This document shows positions 18,996-28,317 of a stretch of DNA of 64,000 bases, one piece after another. Every line of letters begins with the position of its first letter. Positions within the stretch are counted from its first letter, which is position 1. The notes beneath the pieces were generated by a model, which had not been told where the DNA came from, did no database searches, and was given only the letters and a program-made list of their open reading frames with translations. The position numbers and the translations under genes were made by a program. The DNA comes from Patescibacteria group bacterium (GTDB taxonomy: Bacteria > Patescibacteriota > JABMPQ01 > JAHIRA01): the NCBI GenBank assembly GCA_018818205.1, contig JAHISJ010000026.1, forward strand, positions 29,994-93,993, in the 5' to 3' direction.

Positions 18996-20888
18996 TTACT
19001 GAGCGATGTCAAGCTCTAATTCAATTTTCTTGTCTAGCTTGGGTGCCTTTTTGACCCAAAAAGGCCAAAAGGTGACTTCTGAGGAGAGAATATGGGGATT
19101 TTCCGCTAAAAAAGTTTTTATCTCTTCTTTGCTTTTGCCCTTCAATTCTTCTCGAACGTACGTCTCATCAAAAGTATAGTAAAATGTTTTTTCTATCTTG
19201 AGCACAATACCCATAGATTTGTCGTTAAAATCAAAGTTCTGGAGCGAGGCCGTTACACCCTCATCGATTCCTGCCTGAAGAACTTTCTTTCCATCGGTAA
19301 GAGCCTTTTCAACTTCATATGCTACAATTTCCTCCATGTCTTGTTGATTAAACGTCATAGTAGACACACGCACCGTTATCTGTAAATCATATTCGGTCAC
19401 TTCCTCACCAACTTCATTACTTGCTACACGTTCTATTATCTCGGTCTTGATTGCATCTTTGAAGAAGTACTGATCCTTTGGAATACGTGAGACAAGTTCG
19501 TCGATGGCCTTTTTTTCAACTTGAGTCAAAAGCTCATTGCTTGCATTTTGCATGTCCTCCTCGCTAATGATTCTCTTCACCTGTTTTTCCCCACCAGCTA
19601 TAGGACTTAACGTCTCTGCATATATCGCTGCTTGTTTTGCACCGGTGAGTCCAGGAATAATAAGCTTTGCGCTCTCAATGTTGTACTCGGTTCCTGGTTG
19701 ATCGGCCTCTAATACAACTTGAAGTCTCCCCGGTATTGTCTCTCCATCTTGTACTGTCGCACCCGGTACGTTTACGTCATTGAGTACACGGTAGATAGAT
19801 CCATTTGGTGCCTGGAAACGCGTCTGCGCAACAAGTGGCTGCGGAGATGAAGAAAAGGTATTATTAATGACCACTTCTCCCCGTGCCTTAGTGCTAATGT
19901 CTTGCTCCCCGTACGCCTCAAAGTGCTTCTTATCGCTTGTTTTTTCTACATAAAGAAGCTCTCCGGGCAACTGATTATTTGCTTGATCGACCTCGTCCGC
20001 CGCTTCACGCACTAAAACATCGACTTGGGAAATAAATTGCTCTGTCTCCGGCTGAATAGAAATCACTGCTTTAGGAAGAAGAATAAAGAAAATAAGACCA
20101 GCAAGTCCAAAACTTATAAGGAAAAAGACAACAAAAAACGTAACGCTGATTCGTGGTAAGAATACATTTTTTGAACGAGCTTTCCTTTGCTTCTTGTTCT
20201 TCTTTTCTCTTCGAGAGTCGGACATAGGCCCTGAGCTCAGACCTCGAGAGGAGGGCTCCTCTCCTCGAGTCTGAGCGGCCTCGGAGTCGAGGACAGAGCC
20301 TCGAACAGCTTTCCTTTTTGGCTTCTTTTCTTCGCTTTCTTTTTTTGCAGTCTCTAAAATCGTACGCACCGTTTCTTTACTTTTTTCCTTCTCGGAGATT
20401 GATTCTTCTTTGGGAACGTCTTTTTCTTTCGGTACTGAAAGTCTAGGCTCAATTTCCTTTGATTTTCCTGAAAGATAATCAGTAACTTTAAGCAGGTGTT
20501 TCTCCCCGGGAACAGTCGCTGCGACTATCGGTATCGTCTTTGCGGTAGGTAATACTTCCTTCTTCTCGTCCTGTTGGTTTTCAGGTTCCTGCCCAACCGG
20601 TTTCTCCTCTTGGTCTAAAAGTGTACTCTCCATTGATGAAGGTACCTCTTTTCTTACATCAAGTCCCGCACGTTTTGAAAGGTTGAACGCAACATCATCA
20701 CTGACTACAACGACAATTCTCTTACCAACCGCATCAACCTGTCTTTTTAAAAGCTTAAGAGTTACCGTGCTTTGTGTTAACATTGATCTTTTAGGGATCA
20801 CTAAAACAATCGCATGCTCCTTAGTTTTGCGAATCTTATCAATAACCGCAGTTATTTCCTCGTCTATGTCTAAATAGAGGACTTTCAT
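18996..20888 (-). CDS. Membrane-anchored baseplate-J-like domain protein
   Basis: N-terminal YLDIDEEITAVIDK, charged linker, single TM, A.G.V.I.N...QPLVAQTRF, A..PG.EYNI, PFWVKKAP; a type often found next to FtsA-like genes in CPR. Confidence 0.7.
   Translation of the reverse strand: MKVLYLDIDEEITAVIDKIRKTKEHAIVLVIPKRSMLTQSTVTLKLLKRQVDAVGKRIVVVVSDDVAFNLSKRAGLDVRKEVPSSMESTLLDQEEKPVGQEPENQQDEKKEVLPTAKTIPIVAATVPGEKHLLKVTDYLSGKSKEIEPRLSVPKEKDVPKEESISEKEKSKETVRTILETAKKESEEKKPKRKAVRGSVLDSEAAQTRGEEPSSRGLSSGPMSDSRREKKNKKQRKARSKNVFLPRISVTFFVVFFLISFGLAGLIFFILLPKAVISIQPETEQFISQVDVLVREAADEVDQANNQLPGELLYVEKTSDKKHFEAYGEQDISTKARGEVVINNTFSSSPQPLVAQTRFQAPNGSIYRVLNDVNVPGATVQDGETIPGRLQVVLEADQPGTEYNIESAKLIIPGLTGAKQAAIYAETLSPIAGGEKQVKRIISEEDMQNASNELLTQVEKKAIDELVSRIPKDQYFFKDAIKTEIIERVASNEVGEEVTEYDLQITVRVSTMTFNQQDMEEIVAYEVEKALTDGKKVLQAGIDEGVTASLQNFDFNDKSMGIVLKIEKTFYYTFDETYVREELKGKSKEEIKTFLAENPHILSSEVTFWPFWVKKAPKLDKKIELELDIAQ
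20210..20305. repeat. 96-bp palindromic element, copy 2 (in-frame in the baseplate-J-like gene)
   Basis: TTCGAG...CTCGAA inverted termini; near-identical to 17791-17886. Confidence 0.9.
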
Positions 20889-20889
20889 A

Positions 20890-22143
20890 TTAATACTGCA
20901 TTAGTTTAACGGCTCGCCTCAGTGTTCCATGCAAAATATCTTCTCCACCCGCAAGCTCAAGTGCAAGGTTTGCAAGAGCCATGGGAGTTACATCTTGCTG
21001 TGTGGTGAGCTTGCCTGATTCATCAACAATATTGGTTACATTTTCCGGTTGAATGAAGTGTACCTTTGGTTTTTTTGCAAATGCTAAATCTTTTGCCCAC
21101 CCGGTTGAAAGAAGTGAGGTCTTGATTCCGGGAAGTGCACTTCCCCCACCACAAAGAAGAATACGAGATGGAAGCAAGTCGTCCTGTGAAAATTCTTCAA
21201 GCGCAAGCTCAACACCAGAAACCCAGACACTGCAATCCGACTCAAAACTATCTTTAATACGATGCATCATCTCTGCCGGCAATTTTCCATATGCATATTT
21301 AATTTTTATTCGCTCAGCTTCCTCAAAACTGACTGAAAGCATATCTGAAAGTCGCTTAGTAAAAGCACGACCGCCAAGTCCATACATTTTTGTTCCCTCC
21401 AATCCCCCGTTCCTGACAACCGCAATATCAGTCGTACCACCACCCACATCAATAAAAATAGCATTGAATTCAAGAGAATCTTCTACACCCATACACCGAG
21501 CAACAGCGTAAGGCTCCGCAGTGATTGAAAGAATATCAAGGCCAAGCTCTGACGCAATTGTCTCAAGCGCGCCAAGATGAACCAGTGGCGCATATGCGTT
21601 AAATATTGATATTGAAACGTCTTTCCCCTGAAATCCTAAAGGATTGGTGACACGATACCCATCAATACGTACATCGACTATTGCCGCATTAATCAATCTA
21701 ACATCAATCTCAGAATGACCTGTCTCCCAAGATAGCTGTTTCCTTACCTGATCAAACGCCTTCCATTGTACTTTTTGAATAATATTCTTTAGTTCAGGAA
21801 GATCGATTTTTGATTTTGGTTTCACTCGCTCGTAATTTACTGTCGTTGTGCTTCCTTTAACCAACTCTCCCGCGATACCTAAAACAACCTGATCGGGCTG
21901 TTCTCCACACATTTCAACAGCCTTGGCAATCGCCTTTTCACACGATCTTACAACACCCTCAATATCACTCACCGCACCGGACTGCATATCACCAAGCGCT
22001 TGCACTTCTTTCCCAACACCAATAACAACACCTTTACCGTCTTCAACACGGAATATTAGTGCTTTAATAAGATGTGTCCCAATATCAAGAGCAAGTGCAA
22101 AATCAGGACTTCTTTTGTTTTTTAATATGGATAAAAAACCCAA
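20890..22143 (-). CDS. FtsA-like actin-fold ATPase
   Basis: ALDIGT, G.VSDIEGV, AEPYAVA, IDVGGGTTD, LCGGGS; not adjacent to ftsZ. Confidence 0.8.
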   Translation of the reverse strand: MGFLSILKNKRSPDFALALDIGTHLIKALIFRVEDGKGVVIGVGKEVQALGDMQSGAVSDIEGVVRSCEKAIAKAVEMCGEQPDQVVLGIAGELVKGSTTTVNYERVKPKSKIDLPELKNIIQKVQWKAFDQVRKQLSWETGHSEIDVRLINAAIVDVRIDGYRVTNPLGFQGKDVSISIFNAYAPLVHLGALETIASELGLDILSITAEPYAVARCMGVEDSLEFNAIFIDVGGGTTDIAVVRNGGLEGTKMYGLGGRAFTKRLSDMLSVSFEEAERIKIKYAYGKLPAEMMHRIKDSFESDCSVWVSGVELALEEFSQDDLLPSRILLCGGGSALPGIKTSLLSTGWAKDLAFAKKPKVHFIQPENVTNIVDESGKLTTQQDVTPMALANLALELAGGEDILHGTLRRAVKLMQY

Positions 22144-22281
22144 GATTGTATTTTATGTAGCTTCAAAATTGTATGCACAGTGCATACGTTCACCACAGGT
22201 GAGTATACCATACATTACTGTTTTTGTTGAGAAAAATACAATAAAAAATGCCCCCTTTTAATCAACTGTTACAGAAAAACA

Positions 22282-22312
22282 AAAAAAGGCAGCCTTACAA
22301 AAGACTGCCTTT
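22282..22312 (-). terminator. Intrinsic terminator
   Basis: AAAAAAGGCAG-CCTTACAAAAGA-CTGCCTTT. Confidence 0.65.
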
Positions 22313-22321
22313 AAAAAAACG

Positions 22322-23224
22322 TTAGTACGGATTTGAAACCGTATATTTTACCCTAAGATCATAGATCTTATTGTCATCTTTCTCAAACTCACCTCTAACA
22401 TAATAACTTGATGATTCATTTACAACCGTATGATCCATGGTTGTGCTCACCGTCGTGTCACCACCAGAGAAGGATGCACCTGTCTCAAGTGTTGCAACAG
22501 TACTACTTGTATAGTTGCTGTCAATTTTGTTGAGCCACGCCTTTACGCTCGTTGCCGCATCAAGATCATTTGCTCTCATGGAGAGTTCAGTAATCTTTGC
22601 ACCATTTGGAAGATTCACTGGCGCCGCATATGTTGTTACCGATGTTGCATCTGAGTTTGCGTCCAGAGCACCTCCTGTATAGGAATAGCCAACGATAGCT
22701 GAGTCTTCTGCTTTAAAAGCACTACCAGGAACACGCATATATGAAGTGTATTCAGCGGTTCCTGTGGTAAGACCATTTACTGTTGCACCTGTAAAATCAA
22801 CAGTCTTTCCACTGGTAAAGCTTACATCACCTTCTAGCGTGGTTTTCCCTTTGACTTGTAAATCATCGTTTACAATAACAGGCATTGGATTTTCTGCATC
22901 TGCTGCTTCCGGCCCAGACGTTGCACCGCGCCAAATCCGTCCGTCAATTCTCACATTATCACCAAACGCTACCGGGTTATCAACACCATCATTTGTGGTG
23001 ATATTGACAATAGTACCGTTAAAGAAGGTAACTCCACCTTCTCCTTGGCGACCAATCTTGACTGAATCCATCATCATGGTTCCATCAACATTAAAGAAGT
23101 CACCGTCTTTACCACCGAGTTTCTCAGTGATATTGATCTCTGAAGCTGCGTACACTGCTCCGGCAACAAAGAGTGTTGCGATGAGAGAGGTAAGCACGAC
23201 AGAGAAAATTGCTTTTCTCTTCAT
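22322..23224 (-). CDS. Secreted protein, paralog A (GGVTFFNGT motif)
   Basis: Signal peptide ending AVYA; shares a ~70-aa block with 23286-24221. Confidence 0.8.
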   Translation of the reverse strand: MKRKAIFSVVLTSLIATLFVAGAVYAASEINITEKLGGKDGDFFNVDGTMMMDSVKIGRQGEGGVTFFNGTIVNITTNDGVDNPVAFGDNVRIDGRIWRGATSGPEAADAENPMPVIVNDDLQVKGKTTLEGDVSFTSGKTVDFTGATVNGLTTGTAEYTSYMRVPGSAFKAEDSAIVGYSYTGGALDANSDATSVTTYAAPVNLPNGAKITELSMRANDLDAATSVKAWLNKIDSNYTSSTVATLETGASFSGGDTTVSTTMDHTVVNESSSYYVRGEFEKDDNKIYDLRVKYTVSNPY

Positions 23225-23285
23225 AGACTTTTTTTGTTAGTTCTCGCTAATGCGAGATTTTGTAATATAGCGTTCCTAGAAAACC

Positions 23286-24221
23286 TTAATACGGGCTTGT
23301 GAATTCATATTCAATCGTTATTCGTGCAATACCCATTGAAGTACTATCAGTCCCCTGCACATCAACCAGAAGCAAACAATAATTTTGAGTATTATCTACC
23401 ACTGTCTGGGTAATCGCAGGTGGTGTCCATGTTTGAAAAGTTGCAGAATCTGTTGAAGTCGCGGTACCAACAAGCACAGAGGAGGAGGGATCAGTTGGAT
23501 CAACTACTTTTCCAACAGTAACTTCAATTTGATTCCCGACTGTTGCATTATTATCAAGACCATACACCCAAAAATTGGTTATTTTAGCACCATGCGGCAG
23601 CTCTACAGGAGCTTCATAGAAAGCATTGGCTTCAGGGTTAAATAAGCCTCCTTCGTACTTCACATAATCGTTAATATAATCTCGTGATACTATCGCATTG
23701 CCAGGAATAGACACATACCCCTTTTGTGTATCCCAGCTTGGATTGCTTTTATTCACGTAATTCCCCAGATCTGAATTATTCGCTTTCTCGGCTAGTCCTG
23801 AGTCAACATAGGATGTATCAGCTTTGCCATCTACCGTTGGGTTAGAGAGTGCACCATCAATAGTTGTATTACCATATACCTTCAAGTCATCATTCACTTT
23901 GACCGGCATATCTTTAGCATCTGCACCAGCAAACGGTCCTGATTGTTCACCGCGCCAGATCTCACCGTCGATTCGAACGTTATCACCAAACGTGACGGGG
24001 TTGTCTACGCCGTCGTTGGTGGTTGAGTTGACGATGGTACCATTAAAGAAGGTAACACCACCGGTGCCTTGTTTACCTATGTAGACAGAGTCAAATCTGC
24101 CGGTGTTGTTTACAACGAGTTCGTCGTTGTAGGTGATAGTACCTGCATACACTGCGCCTGCTACGAAGAGTGTTGCGAAGAGGGTGGTGGCTATCACGGA
24201 GAAGATTGTCTTTTTCTTCAT
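23286..24221 (-). CDS. Secreted protein, paralog B (GGVTFFNGT motif)
   Basis: Signal peptide ending AVYA; tandem paralog of 22322-23224. Confidence 0.8.
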   Translation of the reverse strand: MKKKTIFSVIATTLFATLFVAGAVYAGTITYNDELVVNNTGRFDSVYIGKQGTGGVTFFNGTIVNSTTNDGVDNPVTFGDNVRIDGEIWRGEQSGPFAGADAKDMPVKVNDDLKVYGNTTIDGALSNPTVDGKADTSYVDSGLAEKANNSDLGNYVNKSNPSWDTQKGYVSIPGNAIVSRDYINDYVKYEGGLFNPEANAFYEAPVELPHGAKITNFWVYGLDNNATVGNQIEVTVGKVVDPTDPSSSVLVGTATSTDSATFQTWTPPAITQTVVDNTQNYCLLLVDVQGTDSTSMGIARITIEYEFTSPY

Positions 24222-24240
24222 GTTGTTTTTTGGTTATGTT

Positions 24241-24368
24241 GAGACGCAAGATGTTGCGCCTTTACTTTCTATATTAGCTGAGACGCAAGATTTTGCGTCT
24301 TTACTGTTGAGACGCAAGATGTTGCGTCTTTACGCTGAAATTCGGGTGGGATAAATCCTACCCCTACG
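24241..24368. repeat. Cluster of REP-like palindromes
   Basis: Three copies of GAGACGCAAGATKTTGCGYCTTTAC (24241, 24280, 24309) plus CGGGTGGGATAAATCCTACCCCTAC (24343). Confidence 0.85.
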
Positions 24369-24408
24369 ACTTTCAAGTATATCACAAGTAAACATTTTTT
24401 CACAGCAA

Positions 24409-26262
24409 TCATTCCAAAATCGCCTTTATTCTTCTTACTCCCGCGGAACTTGATTCTTCTTTTTTTATCTTAAAATGTCCAAGTTCTTTTGTATTATCAA
24501 CATGCGGACCGCCGCATATCTCTTTTGAAAAATCACCAATGCTATAGACCTTTACTCTATCCCCATACCTATCTACAAAAAGACCAATGGCACCTTCTTC
24601 CTTTGCTTCTTGCAGCGACTTTTCATCACATGCTATTAAAACCTCTTCTGCAATCTTAATATTCACAAGGGCCTCTACCTGCTTTTTTTCTTCATCGGTT
24701 AATTTGTCCGGATGGGTAAAATCAAACCTGAGCCGCTTTGCAGTAATATTGCTGCCCCGCTGCTCAACATGATCTCCCAAAACTTTTCTAAGCGCTTGAT
24801 GCAATAAATGTGTTGCCGTATGATACTTTTTTGATGTCTCAGAGTCGTCCGCAAGGCCACCTTTAAACTTTTTCTCTCCGCCCTTTCTGGATAATTCTTG
24901 ATGTTTTTTAAATTCGTTCTCAAATGCCTTTTTGTCCACAGCAAAGCCCCTCTCTATTGCAAGCTCCTCAGTGAGTTCAAGCGGGAATCCATACGTTGAA
25001 AACAGCATGAACGCGGTTTTGCCATCTACTGCATCTAGTTTATTAAATTCCTTTAGCCCTCTCTCAAGCGTTTTCTCAAATTTCTTCTCTTCCTTTTCCG
25101 CCTCATCCAAAATAGCGTCTTTCTTTTCACCCAAACCAGGGTATTCATTCTTATAGACGTCAATATATGACTCAATAATATTCCGACAAATATCACTTTC
25201 TATCCCTAACACTTCACGTGCTGATCTAACTGCCCTTCTAATAAGTCTTCTGGTAAAATACCCCTGATCTTTATTTGACGGAAAAGCACCGTCCGAAATA
25301 AGAAACAATGCAGCACGGAGATGATCCATAATAATACGAAAGTGCTTTTGAGTATCACCATACTTTTTACCGGAAAGTTCCTCGAGCTTCTCTATAACAG
25401 GCAAAAAGACATCAATCATAAAAACGTCCGGATTTTCATTTTTTGCTGCTGCAACTCTCTCAAGCCCTCCACCAAAATCAACATTTTTTTGCGGCAATGG
25501 GTCAAATTCCCCATCAGTTTTTTTATATTCCATAAACACATTATTGCCAATCTCCAAAAACCGACCCGAATCACTATTCACATGGTCCACTGTTATATCT
25601 GTACTATGATGTGCATATTTCTCACCAAAATCATAAAATATCTCCGAGTCAGGACCGCCCGGTTCACCGACAGGCATATTTTGAGGTACACCCACTCGTG
25701 ACCACCAATTTTTTTCTTCTCCATACAAAAATATACGGTTTTCGCCACCGAGTACCGTCTCTTTTCCTTCTTTCCCCTTCATATCGCAAACGCCAGAACT
25801 CAGTCCAGCTCTTGAAAAAAAGCTCTTCCAGATTTCTATAGACGTATCATCTCGGGGAATACCCAACGTATCATTACCACGAAAAACCGTAACGTAGATA
25901 TTTTCCTTTTTGAGACCAATACCTGTATTTTCATCGGTTAAAAACTCAAAAATCCACTCGAGCTGCTCTTTCTTAAAATAATCACCAAACGACCAATTTC
26001 CAAGCATTTCAAAAAACGTCGTATGGGAACAGTCTCCTACTTCATCTATATCCCCCGTTCTAAAGCATTTTTGAGAATCAGCGACCCGCTTCCCCTCAGG
26101 ATGACTCTCTCCCAAAAGATACGGCACCATTGGCTGCATACCTGACCCAGTAAAAAGTGTTGTGGGATCGTTTTCCGGAATCAAAGAAGATGAAGGAACG
26201 ATTTTATGCCCCTTATTTTCAAAAAATTCTAAGTACTTTTTTCTGATATCAAATAGTGTCAT
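24409..26262 (-). CDS. alaS: Alanine--tRNA ligase (short form lacking C-Ala)
   Basis: DPTTLFTGSGMQP, HTTFFEMLGNWSFGDYFK, HTATHLLH, EICGGPHV, AGVRRIKA. Confidence 0.97.
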   Translation of the reverse strand: MTLFDIRKKYLEFFENKGHKIVPSSSLIPENDPTTLFTGSGMQPMVPYLLGESHPEGKRVADSQKCFRTGDIDEVGDCSHTTFFEMLGNWSFGDYFKKEQLEWIFEFLTDENTGIGLKKENIYVTVFRGNDTLGIPRDDTSIEIWKSFFSRAGLSSGVCDMKGKEGKETVLGGENRIFLYGEEKNWWSRVGVPQNMPVGEPGGPDSEIFYDFGEKYAHHSTDITVDHVNSDSGRFLEIGNNVFMEYKKTDGEFDPLPQKNVDFGGGLERVAAAKNENPDVFMIDVFLPVIEKLEELSGKKYGDTQKHFRIIMDHLRAALFLISDGAFPSNKDQGYFTRRLIRRAVRSAREVLGIESDICRNIIESYIDVYKNEYPGLGEKKDAILDEAEKEEKKFEKTLERGLKEFNKLDAVDGKTAFMLFSTYGFPLELTEELAIERGFAVDKKAFENEFKKHQELSRKGGEKKFKGGLADDSETSKKYHTATHLLHQALRKVLGDHVEQRGSNITAKRLRFDFTHPDKLTDEEKKQVEALVNIKIAEEVLIACDEKSLQEAKEEGAIGLFVDRYGDRVKVYSIGDFSKEICGGPHVDNTKELGHFKIKKEESSSAGVRRIKAILE

Positions 26263-26474
26263 AATTCATATTCTAATGTTCGTCTTTTTTGCTCTAACCC
26301 GGTCTTTTCTTTATACATCTTCTCGAGCTCGTCTTCAAGCAGCTCTTGTCTTTTTGAAAGCGATGCAACTTCTTGCGTTAATGTTAAAAGCTCCCGCTCT
26401 TTGCGATCAATGTCAACTTGAACATCTTCTATTTCCCCGGTCATTTGTTTGATAGGGTCTGAAAAATCGGACAT
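26259..26474 (-). CDS. Small coiled-coil protein
   Basis: Heptad-like acidic 71-aa ORF whose stop overlaps the alaS start (ATGA). Confidence 0.6.
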   Translation of the reverse strand: MSDFSDPIKQMTGEIEDVQVDIDRKERELLTLTQEVASLSKRQELLEDELEKMYKEKTGLEQKRRTLEYEL

Positions 26475-26608
26475 AGTTCTTATCTATTAAAAATATCCTA
26501 AAAAGACTGCAAAAAACGGTCACCTTGCTTACTTTAGTATAGACCATTCTCAAAAATAAGAAAAGTTTTTTAGAATCAAAAAAAGCAGCACTGCGTATGA
26601 ATACTGCT

Positions 26609-27043
26609 CTAAGCGGGCATCCGTCTGGGCGGAGCCGGTGGTTTAAGGTAACGTCTATTAAAGTCAGGAACGTGCCAATAATTCTTTTCATACCATTCAT
26701 CCTTTTTAGGAAACATTCTGCAAATAACACTCGACAATGGATACTTTGCCATCAATATGAATTTTCCTTTGTAGCGACCCATAACTTTTGCGGTAACTAC
26801 ATCACTCAGCGACAAATTGAATTGAGCACTGCGACTTTTAATATTAAGTCTTGAAACACAATATGCTCGCAAAAGTTCCGGTGGTGGTGGAAATTCTTTT
26901 TGCGGCTTTAAGCTCAACCACTTGAACGTAACAAACTTTTTTTTGTAATTTATCTTTGGTGTGCAAAATATTTGGGCATGAATAGAGGTAACGCATGAAC
27001 TCGTAAAAAATAACATCAAAAAAACTACAAGGTATTTTCTCAA
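26609..27043 (-). CDS. Orphan basic protein with a lipoprotein-like signal peptide
   Basis: MRKYLVVFLMLFFTSSC; AGGAGG at 27053-27058; own promoter. Confidence 0.65.
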   Translation of the reverse strand: MRKYLVVFLMLFFTSSCVTSIHAQIFCTPKINYKKKFVTFKWLSLKPQKEFPPPPELLRAYCVSRLNIKSRSAQFNLSLSDVVTAKVMGRYKGKFILMAKYPLSSVICRMFPKKDEWYEKNYWHVPDFNRRYLKPPAPPRRMPA

Positions 27044-27092
27044 AACTTTTTTCCTCCTAAAATGTAAATATCAATGCATCTTTGAGCTTTCT

Positions 27093-27121
27093 TTTATACC
27101 ATAATAATTAGTCCGCGTCAA
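27093..27121 (-). promoter_or_regulatory. Sigma70-type promoter of the 26609-27043 orphan gene
   Basis: TTGACG-17 nt-TATAAA with an extended -10 TG. Confidence 0.7.
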
Positions 27122-27130
27122 TTGGAAGTT

Positions 27131-28231
27131 TCACCCTGGACCAGACTCAGAAGTCGATTCAGGGTGTATCACCCCGCCGCCAAGCACCGTGTCGCTATCA
27201 TAAAAAACCACACTTTGTCCTGGCATAATAGCTCGCTCTGAATCACTGCATCCAACAGTCATAATGCCATTTTCAAACGAGACAATCTCAAGTGGCACTG
27301 CTTTTTTTCTATACCTCACTTTCCCCTTACACTCAAAAGGAAAAGACGGTAGCTCACCTAGCCAATTGACATCACGTACGGTAAATGACGTGGAATAGAG
27401 TGCAGGATCCTTCGAGTCGTTTGTCACAAAAAGCGTATTTGTCTTAAAATCCCTTTTAAACACATAATACGGTCCCGTCCCACCCACACCAATATTTCTT
27501 CTCTGTCCAAGAGTGTAAAAGGGGAGTCCTTTGTGCGTTCCAATGACCGCTCCATTTTGATCAACAATATCCCCTTCGTTCCATTTTTTCATGTGTCGCT
27601 TTAAAAAACCTTCAAGCCTCTTCTTAGAAACAAAACACACTTCCTGACTCTCTCTCCGCGTTGCAGTCGGTAGATCAATTTTTTTTGCAATCGCTCTAAC
27701 TTCTTTTTTGGTAAGCGTACCTAAGGGAAATAATGTTTTTGAAAGTATTTCTTGAGTTAATGTATATAAAAAATATGACTGGTCTTTTGTTGCATCAATC
27801 CCTTTTTTTAGAAAAAAAGTTTCTCCCACTTTTTGATTTTGCACATAGTGCCCTGTTGCTAGATAGTCATATCCCTTTTTTTGAGCAAGATCTATAAGAT
27901 GTGCAAATTTAATCGTGTCATTACAGACTACGCAGGGATTGGGCGTTTCTCCGTTTTCATACGAAGAGACAAAATAATCGACCACATGCTTTTTAAACTT
28001 CTTTGATACATCAACTGAATAGAAAGGAATGTCGAGTTCTTGACACACTTTGCACGCAAGTTTTTCTGCCTCTACTGAACAGCATGTGTTTTCCGATTTT
28101 TTACCCTCACACTCTTTTTCACTCCAGAAATGACAAAAGACACCCGTTACATCATATCCCTCTTTTTCAAGAAGATACGCGACAACAGATGAGTCAACCC
28201 CTCCAGACATGGCTACCAGTACTTTTTTCAT
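27131..28231 (-). CDS. mnmA: tRNA-specific 2-thiouridylase MnmA
   Basis: AMSGGVDSSV, TPNPCVVCN, ATGHY, KDQSYFL, ESQEVCF, YTLGQRR, PGQSVVFY. Confidence 0.97.
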   Translation of the reverse strand: MKKVLVAMSGGVDSSVVAYLLEKEGYDVTGVFCHFWSEKECEGKKSENTCCSVEAEKLACKVCQELDIPFYSVDVSKKFKKHVVDYFVSSYENGETPNPCVVCNDTIKFAHLIDLAQKKGYDYLATGHYVQNQKVGETFFLKKGIDATKDQSYFLYTLTQEILSKTLFPLGTLTKKEVRAIAKKIDLPTATRRESQEVCFVSKKRLEGFLKRHMKKWNEGDIVDQNGAVIGTHKGLPFYTLGQRRNIGVGGTGPYYVFKRDFKTNTLFVTNDSKDPALYSTSFTVRDVNWLGELPSFPFECKGKVRYRKKAVPLEIVSFENGIMTVGCSDSERAIMPGQSVVFYDSDTVLGGGVIHPESTSESGPG

Positions 28232-28241
28232 GATTTTCTTA

Positions 28242-28292
28242 TTGACATTGCGTGATTTTTGTGATTATAATGAAAAGTCTTAAAGACGTCAA
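28242..28292. promoter_or_regulatory. Overlapping divergent promoters (mnmA and the orphan gene)
   Basis: Plus: TTGACA(28242)-18 nt-TATAAT(28266). Minus: TTGACG(28292)-17 nt-TATAAT(28269). Both use the palindromic ATTATAAT. Confidence 0.65.
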
Positions 28293-28317
28293 TATGGTCT
28301 TTCTTTTAGGAGGAGAG

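Noticed and set aside
18996-20888. Prophage or contractile injection system suggested by the baseplate-J-like gene
   Set aside because: No sheath, tube, spike, terminase or capsid genes nearby; the membrane-anchored form next to an FtsA-like gene looks chromosomal
24241-24333. Three direct repeats as a mini CRISPR array
   Set aside because: Spacers are only 14 and 4 nt, no cas genes are present, and the repeats fit REP-type palindromes
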